A program made the position numbers and the translations under genes. From contig NZ_CP042911.1 in the NCBI RefSeq assembly GCF_008065095.1, positions 7,980,001 to 8,012,000 on the forward strand: a DNA stretch of 32,000 nt. The letters run 5' to 3'. Below the pieces are notes generated by a model that was given only the letters and a program-made list of their open reading frames with translations, did not search any database and was not told the DNA's origin. Positions 18,662 through 28,613 of the stretch are shown here, piece after piece. Every line of letters begins with the position of its first letter. Position 1 is the stretch's first letter. The stretch comes from Gemmata obscuriglobus. Its GTDB lineage: Bacteria; Planctomycetota; Planctomycetia; Gemmatales; Gemmataceae.

Positions 18662-20377
18662 ATGTCTGCGACCACAGACCTGATCCCGGTGCGCGCCCTG
18701 AACCAGGTGACGTACTGCCCGCGCCTGTACTACCTCCAGTACGTCGATTGCGTGATGCCCACCAACGAGCACGTCGAGGGCGGGCTGCACGACCACCGCC
18801 GGGTGGACGCCCCGGACCTGAAGAACAAGACCCGCACCGACCGCGGCACCGCCACCAGCCGCGGGGTCGCGCTGTCCAGCGAGCGGCTCGGCGTCACCGG
18901 CGTGCTCGACGTGCTCGAGGAGAAGGGCGGCGCTCGGTACCCGGTGGAGACCAAGCACGGGAGCGCCCCGCACGACGCCGACGGCAAGCCCACCGTGTGG
19001 GACAACGACGCGGTCCAACTGTGCGCCCAGGCGATGCTGCTGGAGGAGGCGTTCGGGCAGCCGGTGCCGCACGGGTTCCAGTTCCACGCCGGGAGCCGCG
19101 AGCGGGTGCCGCTGGAGTTCGCGCCCGAGCTGCGCCAGAAGACCCGCGACGCCGTCGCCCGGTGCCGGGAGCTGGCGGCCCTCGCCGCCCCGCCGCCGCC
19201 CCTTCCGCCCGAGCTGCGGCACCGGTGCTTCGGGTGCTCGCTGGCGCCGGTGTGCCTGCCCGAAGAGACCCTGTACCAGCTCGGGCACCCGGCCCCGGGG
19301 GCGGACGCGGCCGAGAAGCCGGTCCCGGAGCTGAAGAAGGTCATCCCGATGACCGACGACGGCGCGGTGCTGTACCTCCAGGAGCCCGGCACCTCGGTGG
19401 GCAAGCGCAGCGAGCACCTCGTGGTGAAGAAGGAGGGCCAGGAACTCACCCGGGTGCCGATGCACGCGATCCGGCAGGTGGTGGTGTGCGGGAACGTGCA
19501 GGTGAGCACGCAGGCACTGGAGACGCTGGCGGCCAACGACATCGCGGTGGCGTATGTGACCGGGCACGGGCGGTTCATCGGCTCGTTCGTGCCCGCGCCC
19601 GCCAAAAACGTGTCCCTGCGCGAGGCCCAGTTCCGCACGTTCAACGACCCCTCCGCGTGCCTCGACCTCGCGAAGGCCGTAGTGCGGGCGAAGCTGAGCA
19701 ACCAACGGGCGCTGCTCATGCGGAGCTTGCGGGGGGAGGGCGAGGCGCGCGGCAGTCACGAGTATTCGGCGAAGGGCATTTACGGGCTGCTCGGGGCGCT
19801 CGACGCCCAGACCTCGGTGGAGTCCGTTCTCGGGATCGAGGGCCAGGGCGCGGCCCTGTACTTCGGGGACTTCGGGCGGTTCCTGAAGCAGCCGCCGACC
19901 GGGAAGGGGTTCGACTTCACCACCCGCAACCGGCGCCCGCCCCGCGACCCGGTGAACGCGCTGCTGTCGTTCGCGTACGCGATGCTGGCGAAGGACTGCT
20001 TCTCGGTCGCGTGTACCGTCGGGTTCGACCCGTACAAGGGCTTCTTTCACGTGGGCCGGCACGGGAAGCCGTCGCTGGCGCTGGACCTGATGGAGGAGTT
20101 CCGCCCGGTGATCGCGGACTCGGTGGTGCTGACGCTCATCAACAACGAGGCGCTCACGCCCGACGACTTCATCATCTGGCGGGACGCGTGCAGCCTCACG
20201 GAGAAGGGGCGGCGGGCGTTCTTCGCGGCGTACGAGCAGCGGAAGGCGACGGTGGTGACGCACCCGGTGTACGGGTACCGGATGAGCTACGCGCGGATGC
20301 TGGAGGTGCAGGCCCGGATGCTGGCGGCGTTCGTGCGCGGCGGCGTCCCGAGCTACACCGGGTTCACGGTGCGGTGA
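18662..20377 (+). CDS. cas4-cas1: CRISPR-associated Cas4-Cas1 fusion protein
   Basis: 571 aa. The N-terminal Cas4/RecB-like domain has one early Cys (VTYCPRLYYLQY) and a C-terminal cluster HRCFGCSLAPVC. The Cas1 domain follows (VLYLQEPGTSVGKRSEHLVVKK..., NALLSFAYAML, GFFHVGRHGKPSLALDLMEEFRPVIADS). The stop overlaps the cas2 ATG (TGATG). Confidence 0.93.
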   Translation: MSATTDLIPVRALNQVTYCPRLYYLQYVDCVMPTNEHVEGGLHDHRRVDAPDLKNKTRTDRGTATSRGVALSSERLGVTGVLDVLEEKGGARYPVETKHGSAPHDADGKPTVWDNDAVQLCAQAMLLEEAFGQPVPHGFQFHAGSRERVPLEFAPELRQKTRDAVARCRELAALAAPPPPLPPELRHRCFGCSLAPVCLPEETLYQLGHPAPGADAAEKPVPELKKVIPMTDDGAVLYLQEPGTSVGKRSEHLVVKKEGQELTRVPMHAIRQVVVCGNVQVSTQALETLAANDIAVAYVTGHGRFIGSFVPAPAKNVSLREAQFRTFNDPSACLDLAKAVVRAKLSNQRALLMRSLRGEGEARGSHEYSAKGIYGLLGALDAQTSVESVLGIEGQGAALYFGDFGRFLKQPPTGKGFDFTTRNRRPPRDPVNALLSFAYAMLAKDCFSVACTVGFDPYKGFFHVGRHGKPSLALDLMEEFRPVIADSVVLTLINNEALTPDDFIIWRDACSLTEKGRRAFFAAYEQRKATVVTHPVYGYRMSYARMLEVQARMLAAFVRGGVPSYTGFTVR

Positions 20378-20661
20378 TGGACAGCTACCTGGTGTGTTAC
20401 GACATCTCGAACCCGAAGCGGCTCCGCAAGGTCGCGCGGACGTGCGAGGACTTCGGGTATCGCAAGCAATTATCTGTCTTTCTGGTTCGCGTGAGCGCTA
20501 CCGACTTTGTACGATTGCGTTCCCGCTTGTATGACATCATCGACCTGAGCGAAGACCAAGTGCTGTTCATCCCGCTTTCGGAGCAGGGGTTGCAGCGCAT
20601 GGAGGCGATCGGCCGACCGACCGACCCGCACGATAAGAACGACGTGGTGATGATTTTGTGA
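20377..20661 (+). CDS. cas2: CRISPR-associated endoribonuclease Cas2
   Basis: 94 aa, MDSYLVCYDISNPKRLRKVARTCEDFGYRKQLSVFLVRVSATDF...DQVLFIPL, the classic Cas2 ferredoxin-fold pattern. Hidden inside track ORF 18748..20661. Confidence 0.9.
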   Translation: MDSYLVCYDISNPKRLRKVARTCEDFGYRKQLSVFLVRVSATDFVRLRSRLYDIIDLSEDQVLFIPLSEQGLQRMEAIGRPTDPHDKNDVVMIL

Positions 20662-20673
20662 GGAGTTCGCCCG

Positions 20674-23253
20674 ATGAATAAGAACGAGTTTGCCACCGCC
20701 TTTGCGACGCTCGCGGGCACTCCCGGCCCTTTTCCTTGGCAGTGGGAGTTGTATAAGCGGTTCGTCGCTGGTGACATCCCGGCGTCGTGTAACCTGCCAA
20801 CCGGTTTGGGCAAAACATCGGTCATCCACGTCTGGCTGCTCGCTCTGTCTGTGAACAACAAGCTCCCGCGGCGGTTGGTGTACGTTGTGAACCGGCGCAC
20901 CGTGGTGGATCAGACGACAAATGAAGTGGAGAATCTCCGAGAGCGCTTGCCGGATGTCCCGGAGGTCGAAGCCGCGCTTTGGGCGTTGTGTTCGACACGC
21001 CCAGAGAAGCCTGACCCGAAGAAGGACCGGCCGCTCGCGATCAGCACACTACGCGGCCAATTCGCGGACAACCGCGAGTGGAGCGCCGACCCGTCGCGCC
21101 CGGCGGTGATCTGCGGCACCGTAGACATGATCGGCTCGCGGCTGCTGTTCAGCGGGTACGGATGCGGGTTCAAGACGCGCCCCTTGCACGCCGGGTTCTT
21201 GGGCCAGGACGCGCTCATCGTCCACGACGAAGCGCACCTGGAACCGGCGTTTCAGGAGTTGCTCGTAGAGATCGAAAAGGAACAGCAGCGGTGCAAGGAC
21301 TTCCGGCCGCTTCGGGTGGTGGAACTGACCGCGACCTCGCGGGCCGATGGCCCGCCGCCGTTCACCCTCTCCGACGAGGATTACAAGGACGAAACCGTTC
21401 AACGACGCGTCGGCGCGAAGAAGGCGCTTCACCTCCAGCCGAACAAGGACGAGAAGAAACTCGCGGACGAGATTGCGGACCTTGCGCTGAAGCACAAAGA
21501 ATCCGGCAGTGCGATTCTGGTTTTCGTCCGCAAAGTTGATGACGTTGATAAAGTCACGAAGAAGCTCCCGAAAGGTTTGTTCGAGCAACTGACCGGAACC
21601 CTTCGCGGGTTGGAACGCGACGACCTCGTGAAGAAGCCGATTTTCCAGCGGTTCTTACCGCCCTCGAACCGCAACACGACCGCCGCACCGCAACCGGGCA
21701 CGGTGTACCTCGTCTGCACGAGCGCGGGCGAGGTGGGGGTGAACATTTCGGCGGATCACCTCGTCTGCGACCTCTCGACGTTCGAGAGCATGGCCCAGCG
21801 GTTCGGCCGCGTGAACCGCTTCGGGGAACGTACCGACACCGAGATTCACGTCGTTCACCCAAGAGAAGCGGACTTCGATGGCGAGAATACGATCGACGTG
21901 CGGCGGATGCGGACTCTCACTTTGCTTCTGCAACTTAACGGCCAAGGCAGTCCGGCCGCACTCGGGATGCTCGACCCGAAGGCGCGCCAGGAGGCGTTCG
22001 CGCCGACACCGACCATCCTCCCCGTGTCCGACATTCTGTTCGATGCGTGGGCGCTCACAACCATCCGCGCCAAGTTGCCCGGGCGCCCGCCGGTCGAACC
22101 GTATTTGCACGGATTGGCAGAATGGCAACCGCCGGAAGCGCACGTCGCGTGGCGCGAGGAAGTGGGCTGCATTACGGGCGCCCTGCTGACGCAGTATCCG
22201 CCCCAAGACCTGCTCGAAGATTATCCGCTGAAGCCGCACGAACTGCTTCGCGACAACTCGGGCCGCGTGTTCGATCGGCTGAAGAAGTTGAAGGCCGATG
22301 CAGGAACTCCTGTATGGGTCGTGGACGATGACGATTCCGTCCGCGTCACCACGCTCGGCGAGTTGATCGACGCGGGTAAAGAGGCCATCGAGCGCCGAAC
22401 CGTTCTCCTCCCGCCCGGAGCCGGTGGGCTTGCGAACGGAATGTTGGACGCGACATCGACCTCCGCAGATGACGTGGCCGACCGATGGTTCGCGGACGAA
22501 TTGCGGACACGGCACCGCCGCATTCGCGTCTGGGACGATGACACCGTGCCCAGCGGAATGCGACGAATTCGCAAGGCGATCGACATCAAGCCCGATGCGG
22601 AAGAGGCAGAGGAAGAAGAAACCGGCACGCGCTTCTGGTACTGGTTCGAGCTATCATCCGGCGGCGACGGGGACGGTTCCAAGAACACGACGGGAGCCGT
22701 ACTGTGGCAGGTTCACACCGACGATGTGGTGAAAAACACGGCGGCGATCGTCGAGAAGCTTGGCCTGGGAGACTTGGTCAAGGCTTTCGAGATCGCGGCG
22801 AAGTGTCACGACCTCGGCAAGAGGCGCAAGGTGTTTCAGACCGTTCTTGGTAACCGGGCCTATCCAGCGGTCACGCTGGCAAAATCGGGTCAAAAGGGCG
22901 GGCGGATCGCGGAGACATACCGGCACGAGTTCGGCTCGCTCATCGACACCGCGAATCCGGATCTAGCCCCAGGTTTCGCGGGCCTCTCAGAAGACCTGAA
23001 AGCGTTTGTGCTGCACGTCATCGCGACGCACCACGGGCGCGGTCGCCCGCATTTCCCAGAACCCGAAGCGTTCGACCCCGAGCGCCCGGACGCCGACGCC
23101 AAGACGGTTGCCCGCGAGGTGCCGCGTCGGTTCGCGCAATTGCAGCGCAAGTACGGGCGGTGGGGGCTGGCGTACCTGGAGTCGCTGTTGCGCGCCGCGG
23201 ACTACGCCGCAAGTGCCAAGCCGTCGGCGTTCGTGACGGAGGGCGTGAAATGA
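20674..23253 (+). CDS. cas3: Cas3 helicase with C-terminal HD nuclease domain (type I-G/I-U architecture)
   Basis: 859 aa with GAGGAG 8 nt before the ATG. Helicase motifs: LPTGLGKTS (I), VHDEAHL (II), CTSAGEVGVNI (V), QRFGRVNR (VI). The HD domain is at the C-terminus (KCHDLGKRR, YRHEFGS, IATHHGRGRPHF, LLRAADYAAS). Confidence 0.92.
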   Translation: MNKNEFATAFATLAGTPGPFPWQWELYKRFVAGDIPASCNLPTGLGKTSVIHVWLLALSVNNKLPRRLVYVVNRRTVVDQTTNEVENLRERLPDVPEVEAALWALCSTRPEKPDPKKDRPLAISTLRGQFADNREWSADPSRPAVICGTVDMIGSRLLFSGYGCGFKTRPLHAGFLGQDALIVHDEAHLEPAFQELLVEIEKEQQRCKDFRPLRVVELTATSRADGPPPFTLSDEDYKDETVQRRVGAKKALHLQPNKDEKKLADEIADLALKHKESGSAILVFVRKVDDVDKVTKKLPKGLFEQLTGTLRGLERDDLVKKPIFQRFLPPSNRNTTAAPQPGTVYLVCTSAGEVGVNISADHLVCDLSTFESMAQRFGRVNRFGERTDTEIHVVHPREADFDGENTIDVRRMRTLTLLLQLNGQGSPAALGMLDPKARQEAFAPTPTILPVSDILFDAWALTTIRAKLPGRPPVEPYLHGLAEWQPPEAHVAWREEVGCITGALLTQYPPQDLLEDYPLKPHELLRDNSGRVFDRLKKLKADAGTPVWVVDDDDSVRVTTLGELIDAGKEAIERRTVLLPPGAGGLANGMLDATSTSADDVADRWFADELRTRHRRIRVWDDDTVPSGMRRIRKAIDIKPDAEEAEEEETGTRFWYWFELSSGGDGDGSKNTTGAVLWQVHTDDVVKNTAAIVEKLGLGDLVKAFEIAAKCHDLGKRRKVFQTVLGNRAYPAVTLAKSGQKGGRIAETYRHEFGSLIDTANPDLAPGFAGLSEDLKAFVLHVIATHHGRGRPHFPEPEAFDPERPDADAKTVAREVPRRFAQLQRKYGRWGLAYLESLLRAADYAASAKPSAFVTEGVK

Positions 23254-24089
23254 GTTTCAGCGTAGCTGTGGACCCGACTAATCCGGGCCAGTTCTTTGCG
23301 TGCTGCGGGTTGCTGGAGTTGGCTGACCGTCTCTGGCCCGGCGCGGAAGGTTGGTTCGAGGACGGAACGTTTCATGTGTCGACGGGTGATATCGCAACGT
23401 TAATTGACCAGCTTGTCTGCCTGCGATTCGTTAGTTCGCTCGGCGACGACGGATTGAAGCGGCTTGGCAGCCTACTGAGTGCCGACAAATCGACACTAAC
23501 GGAACTGGACAAGCAAGATAAAGAGCGATTGCGAAAGGCTTGGCAAGTTGAGCGAGTTCAAATCCCCGCTCCGTTCGATTTCTGGTTGGATTGGTGGTGG
23601 AATGATAAATCTGGCGTGACGCTGCTCAAGACTTGGGCGGCGAAACAATTCGTTCTGTCGATGGCTAACCCGATGCTGTCCGCTCTTAAGAGCCTGACCT
23701 GGGACAGCAGCAGCAGGGAAAACTGTTTGCAGCGGACAGCGAAATTGTCAGGGTTGCCCTTTTATTTTGATGCAGCAAACAACACTCAAAATACGCCGCG
23801 CGACAATGGTTTTGCTCCGGGGGCTGTAAAGTCAGCTCCCAACGATAGACCGCTGCTTGAACTGCTCGCGTTTGTCGGGTTGCAGCGGTTTCGTCCACAT
23901 CGACCCGATAAAGCTGAGCGAATTCTGTACGCAACTTGGTCCATTCCCCTTCCGCCTTCTGTCGCTTCGGTAGCAGCAGCGGGGATGTTGAACGTGACAG
24001 GTAGTCGAGCCTTTGAATTCCGCATGCTTTACCGGACTGAGTATATGAAAGCGTTTCTTCCTGCCCAAGCCGTGCGAGGTGTCAAATGA
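23250..24089 (+). CDS. Short Cas8u/Csb3-like protein (paralogue A; putative large-subunit-type component)
   Basis: 279 aa. ATG 23250 overlaps the cas3 stop (ATGA) and its own stop overlaps the csb1 ATG (ATGA). The N-terminus MSFSVAVDPTNPGQFFACCGLLELADRLWPGAEGWF resembles the N-terminal motif I associate with the Csb3/Csx17 (Cas8u) families. Its position between cas3 and cas7 is the usual large-subunit slot. Visibly lower G+C than the flanks. Confidence 0.6.
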   Translation: MSFSVAVDPTNPGQFFACCGLLELADRLWPGAEGWFEDGTFHVSTGDIATLIDQLVCLRFVSSLGDDGLKRLGSLLSADKSTLTELDKQDKERLRKAWQVERVQIPAPFDFWLDWWWNDKSGVTLLKTWAAKQFVLSMANPMLSALKSLTWDSSSRENCLQRTAKLSGLPFYFDAANNTQNTPRDNGFAPGAVKSAPNDRPLLELLAFVGLQRFRPHRPDKAERILYATWSIPLPPSVASVAAAGMLNVTGSRAFEFRMLYRTEYMKAFLPAQAVRGVK

Positions 24090-25213
24090 GCGAGTTAACC
24101 AAGTTCGACAATTACCTGAGCGCTGACGGCCCCGCGGCGCTTGTCATCCGCGAATGGCTAATGCCAGCCGAAGGTGCGGATGGCGTGCTTTTCCCGGCAA
24201 CGTTCGCGCCCGGTGGCAATTTTCCAGGTGGTTACAACATTGACACCGATCCGAGTGGTAAAAACGTCTGCCTCATCGACAGCGTAGGGTCGCAAGCGAA
24301 TCGCATCGAGCCGATGTTCATGCCTGACAAGTGTGATGGCAAGTACGCGCACCTCGTTCCGCAAATCGTGGTGAAAGCTGGAGAGAAAGAGGTGAGTATC
24401 CTCGAAGCCGGACATCGCGCCGGCGATGCAATCGTTCGTTGCTCTTCACTTCAGAGGGAACTGCACGACGCATTTAATGACGTGTTGAAAGGTGACGCTA
24501 CAAAGCTCGCGAAGATTGCGCCGACATCACTGGTTTTCGGCGTGTGGGACTCGCGTGACACACAGGCCAAACTCCCGCGAGTCGTAGCGTCTACGGTTCG
24601 TGCCGAACAGGTGCGCCCGCTCACACGCGGCGCAGTCTACATGCCGCCGGTAGATTACGCGGCTCTTGAAGTGTTCAGCGAAGAAGAGAAAGCGAAAGCC
24701 GAAGGCGACAACAAGAGCCCGTTAGCGAAACGCGGATTCGTTCACGTTCCGGCGTCAGCGTCTCACGGCGGCGTCATCGCGGACGGCGGTGTTCGGCGCG
24801 ACGCTACGCTCGGTCTTGCGGCTCTGCGTCTGCTTCACGCGGGAAAGGACCCGGCGCGGACACTCGCACTTCGCCGCTACATCCTTGGCCTCGCGCTGGT
24901 CGCGTTTACGCACAACCCATCTGGCTACCTGCGGCAAGGGTGTTTGCTCGTCCTCGATTCGGACAAGCCGCGTGAGTTCGTTGAAGTTCACCCTTCCGGC
25001 GAGCGGAAGCCAGTAACGATTACGCCGAAAGTGGCGCTGGAGTATGCCACCGCGAGCGCAAAAGAGTTCGGCGTCGGTGATAGCAGAACGGTGCCTTTCG
25101 AGAAGGAGCGGGCGAAGACTGATCTGAAAGAGGGGAACAAAAAAACGAAAGGAAAAGCGAAGAAATCAAAAGAGAAAAGTGCTGAGGAAACGCCCGAACA
25201 GGAGGCCCAGTAG
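24086..25213 (+). CDS. csb1: Type I-G (I-U) Cas7 RAMP protein Csb1
   Basis: 375 aa. LMPAEGADGVLFPATFAPGGNFPGGYNIDTDPSGKNVCLIDSVGSQANRIEPMF matches the Csb1/Cas7u signature (..P.gG....fP.TY......Y.....g.....iDSv.SQANR.E). Unusual Lys-rich C-terminal tail. Confidence 0.85.
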   Translation: MSELTKFDNYLSADGPAALVIREWLMPAEGADGVLFPATFAPGGNFPGGYNIDTDPSGKNVCLIDSVGSQANRIEPMFMPDKCDGKYAHLVPQIVVKAGEKEVSILEAGHRAGDAIVRCSSLQRELHDAFNDVLKGDATKLAKIAPTSLVFGVWDSRDTQAKLPRVVASTVRAEQVRPLTRGAVYMPPVDYAALEVFSEEEKAKAEGDNKSPLAKRGFVHVPASASHGGVIADGGVRRDATLGLAALRLLHAGKDPARTLALRRYILGLALVAFTHNPSGYLRQGCLLVLDSDKPREFVEVHPSGERKPVTITPKVALEYATASAKEFGVGDSRTVPFEKERAKTDLKEGNKKTKGKAKKSKEKSAEETPEQEAQ

Positions 25214-26712
25214 TGCCTTCTCAATTCTGCATTACGGTGCGGTTTCTTCAGCCATGTGCGCACGGACGTGGTGACGGCGAAGAACCTGAGTGGCCGCCGT
25301 CACCGTTACGGGTGTTTCAGGCGCTCGTTGCCGCGGCTGCGGCTCGGTGGAACGAGCGCACGCGACTTGAATACGCTGTGCCCGCCCTTGAGTGGCTCGC
25401 GAAGCAACCAGCGCCTACGGTGATCGCGTCGCAAGGCGTGCCATCGGGCGTGAAATACCGCCTTTACGTCCCCGATAATGTGGCCGATAAGGTGGCGAAG
25501 GCGTGGAGTGGCGGAAATACGAGTGCGAGCATCGCGGATTCCCGAACCGAAAAGGACGTTCGCCCCACGCATCTGATCGGGAAAAGCGACGAGCTCCCGG
25601 CGGTTAATTACCTCTACCCCATTGGGGACACCGATTCGGAGTTCGCCACGCACAAGGAAACGCTCGTCACCGCGGCGCGGAGCGTCACGCACCTCGGCTG
25701 GGGCGTGGACATGGTCGCGGGGGACGCGCGTGTGCTGTCCGAAGAGGAAGCCGCGAACCTCACCGGCGAGCACTGGCGCCCGGCGGCGGGCGCGTCCACA
25801 ACCCAACTCCGCGCCCCGCGCGCCGGGACGCTGAACGCACTGGCGCAGAAGCACGAGGCGTTTCTGAACCGGCTCTCGGCCGACGGGTTCAAGCCGGTGC
25901 CGCCGCTGACGGTGTTCGACACGGTCGGATACCGGCGCGACACCGAACCGGCCGCGCGCGAGTGGGTCGCGTTCCGCATCACGTCGGTCGATCCGGACGC
26001 CCCGAACCCGTCGTTCGACGCCCCGGCCAAGTGCCGCGACGTGGCGGCGTGGGTGCGGCACGCGACCGGCGAAGTGTGCCGGAACTGGCCGTTTTCCGAT
26101 TTCGCCTCGTTCGTTCACGGGCACACCGAGAGCGGGTTGCAAACGAAGGGGGAACGTGCCGACGAGCGGTTCATGTACCTCCCGCTACCGAGCATCGAAC
26201 GCCGGGGCGACCGAAGGGAGCACGTCGGAGCAATCCGCCGGGTGCTGGTCGCCGCGCCGCCGGGGTTCGGGGAGCGCATCGAGTGGATTCGCCGCCGGTT
26301 GCCCGGGCAGGAACTCGTCTGGGACAACCGGGCGCAGGGCCTTCTGAACGCACTGCCGGATTCGGACTGGGTGCTCCGGCGGTACACCGAGAATGCGCAG
26401 ACGTGGTCCACGGTGACGCCCGTGATATGGCCGGGGCACGACGACCACGACCCCGAGAAGGCTGCTCGCCTCCTGCGGAAAGCGTTCGTGGATGCGGGCT
26501 TTGCGCGGGCGGTGGTCGATGCCATCACCGAACTGGACTGGCGCCCGGTGGGTTTCCGGGCCGGGGCCGAGTTGGCTTCGCGCTACGCCTTGCCCGACCG
26601 GCTCAACGGGCGCCGGTATCACGTGCGGGTGCGGTTCGCGCACCCGGTTCGCGGGCCGCTGGCGGTCGGGGCCGGGCGGTATCGCGGGTTGGGAGTGTTC
26701 GCCGCCGAGTAG
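25213..26712 (+). CDS. csb2: Type I-G (I-U) Csb2 (Cas5-Cas6 fusion-type RAMP)
   Basis: 499 aa. GTG 25213 overlaps the csb1 stop (TAGTG). The N-terminus FCITVRFLQPCAHGRGDGEEPEWPPSPLRVFQALVAAAAARW is the Csb2 hallmark (EWPPSP.R.FQALV). The Gly-rich C-terminus VGAGRYRGLGVF is RAMP-like. Confidence 0.85.
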   Translation: MPSQFCITVRFLQPCAHGRGDGEEPEWPPSPLRVFQALVAAAAARWNERTRLEYAVPALEWLAKQPAPTVIASQGVPSGVKYRLYVPDNVADKVAKAWSGGNTSASIADSRTEKDVRPTHLIGKSDELPAVNYLYPIGDTDSEFATHKETLVTAARSVTHLGWGVDMVAGDARVLSEEEAANLTGEHWRPAAGASTTQLRAPRAGTLNALAQKHEAFLNRLSADGFKPVPPLTVFDTVGYRRDTEPAAREWVAFRITSVDPDAPNPSFDAPAKCRDVAAWVRHATGEVCRNWPFSDFASFVHGHTESGLQTKGERADERFMYLPLPSIERRGDRREHVGAIRRVLVAAPPGFGERIEWIRRRLPGQELVWDNRAQGLLNALPDSDWVLRRYTENAQTWSTVTPVIWPGHDDHDPEKAARLLRKAFVDAGFARAVVDAITELDWRPVGFRAGAELASRYALPDRLNGRRYHVRVRFAHPVRGPLAVGAGRYRGLGVFAAE

Positions 26713-26752
26713 TACGGACCTCAACGCCGAACTGCCGGAGCGGTTCTGGCGC

Positions 26753-27832
26753 GTGGTGCGGAAGTGGGGCTGGTGGGGCGCGGCCTACCGGGAGGCGGTG
26801 TTCCGGTTGGCGGACCACGCGCAGAGCGCCGCCGAGCAGATCCGCGACGCGGCCCCGGCACCGGTGGCAACCGGGTGGGTGTCGCGGCCGGCGCTGGCGT
26901 CGCGGGCGGAAGGTTATGCGCTCCCACTGACGGGGCTCGATGGGGCGAACCCGCTCGCGTTCCTCGCCGCCTTGGGAACGCTCCGGTTGGCGGAGCGTGC
27001 GTACCCGGGGACTCGCCTGAGCTGGAAAGCACAAGGGAGTTGGACACCGGTTCTCCACCTTCCGCAAGAAATCACCCCAACGGCCCTAATCGCGAACCTT
27101 CTCGCACAAGCCGTTCGGACCCGACGGTGCGTCACGTTCGCTCAAGATGTCAAAATTCTGGCCGAAGAGTTTTGTGCCTTCGAGCGGGAGGCCCGTCTCG
27201 CGATCCATACCGACCGGGAGTTCTCAGAATTCCTTGTCGCTTGCGCCAATCCACTCGTAACGATCCAAGGCGGTCCGAACGCCGGGAAGACTAAACCGAC
27301 GGAGTTCTATTTCATCGCAGGTCAGCAAAAGCTGCTGAAGCAGGCTTTGGAGATCGCCACAGCCGCGACGCAAGAGCATCTCACGAAGGCGTTGTTTGCG
27401 TACTGGACTTATGACGACCCGCTTGAGGGGTTGTCGTTGAGGTGGGATCCGCGGGACGACCTTCGCTACGCGACGCGATTTCACAACCCAAGCAAGGACA
27501 AATCAAAGGGGAAGAAGGGTTCCGTCCTCGGCGCCAATCGCTTGGCGTTCGAGGCTCTGCCGCTGTTCCCGTGCTTCGCACGGGGCTCCCGTCTCGTCAC
27601 CACGGGATTCCTCGTGCTTGACCGCCGCCCATTCTTCACTTGGCCGATTTGGGAACCTGCTTGGGGGCTTAGTTCGGTGCGATCCGTACTCGGGGCTCTT
27701 GCGGCTCCGCGAGACGGGTCGGAGGTGCGACACATCAAGACGCCTGACCAAATCGGCGTGACTGTTTGTTATCAGTGCGAAAAGGTCTCAAACAGTGATT
27801 ACAGTAACTTCACTCCGTCCAGAGCGCTGTGA
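26753..27832 (+). CDS. Second Cas8u/Csb3-like protein (paralogue B); start codon uncertain
   Basis: The frame is open from 26492 to 27832, but it contains no ATG after the csb2 stop (26712). The first canonical start is GTG 26753 (GGAG 12 nt upstream); later in-frame candidates are GTG 26798/26864/26879 and TTG 26807. It contains LTGLDGANPLAFLAALGTLRLAERAYPGTRLSW, homologous by eye to DPTNPGQFFACCGLLELADRLWPGAEGWF of paralogue A. The C-terminal LGANRLAFEALPLFP...FFTWPIWEPAWGLSSVRSV parallels RPLLELLAFVGLQRF...ILYATWSIPLPPSVASV of A. Confidence 0.6.
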   Translation: MVRKWGWWGAAYREAVFRLADHAQSAAEQIRDAAPAPVATGWVSRPALASRAEGYALPLTGLDGANPLAFLAALGTLRLAERAYPGTRLSWKAQGSWTPVLHLPQEITPTALIANLLAQAVRTRRCVTFAQDVKILAEEFCAFEREARLAIHTDREFSEFLVACANPLVTIQGGPNAGKTKPTEFYFIAGQQKLLKQALEIATAATQEHLTKALFAYWTYDDPLEGLSLRWDPRDDLRYATRFHNPSKDKSKGKKGSVLGANRLAFEALPLFPCFARGSRLVTTGFLVLDRRPFFTWPIWEPAWGLSSVRSVLGALAAPRDGSEVRHIKTPDQIGVTVCYQCEKVSNSDYSNFTPSRAL

Positions 27833-28414
<582 letters not shown>

Positions 28415-28613
28415 TGACACGCGAGCGGCCCGGTGGTGAAACGCGTCGTCGGGCGTTTCGCGCCGAAGGTCTTTGACAACTAACGAGTTTCCACCGGGCG
28501 CCAGTTCGCCACCGCTCGCAAGTCGCAACCGACGGTTTGGTCAGCGGGTTGTGGCAACTGGTGTCCCAGAGTTTACGTCATGACAGCGTTTCGCGCTCAA
28601 CCGCTCGCGGAGA

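Noticed and set aside
26492-26752. Using ATG 26492 or 26519 as the start of paralogue B.
   Set aside because: This would require a 194-221-nt overlap with csb2, and the overlapping translation (RGRWSMPSPNWTGARWVSGPGPSW...) looks like shadow-frame sequence. It is kept only as a formal possibility (frameshift or fusion) in the findings.
28473-28478. Perfect TTGACA hexamer in the leader.
   Set aside because: There is no -10-like element 16-18 nt downstream (the sequence there is cgggcg). The 28614/28636 pair is the better promoter candidate.
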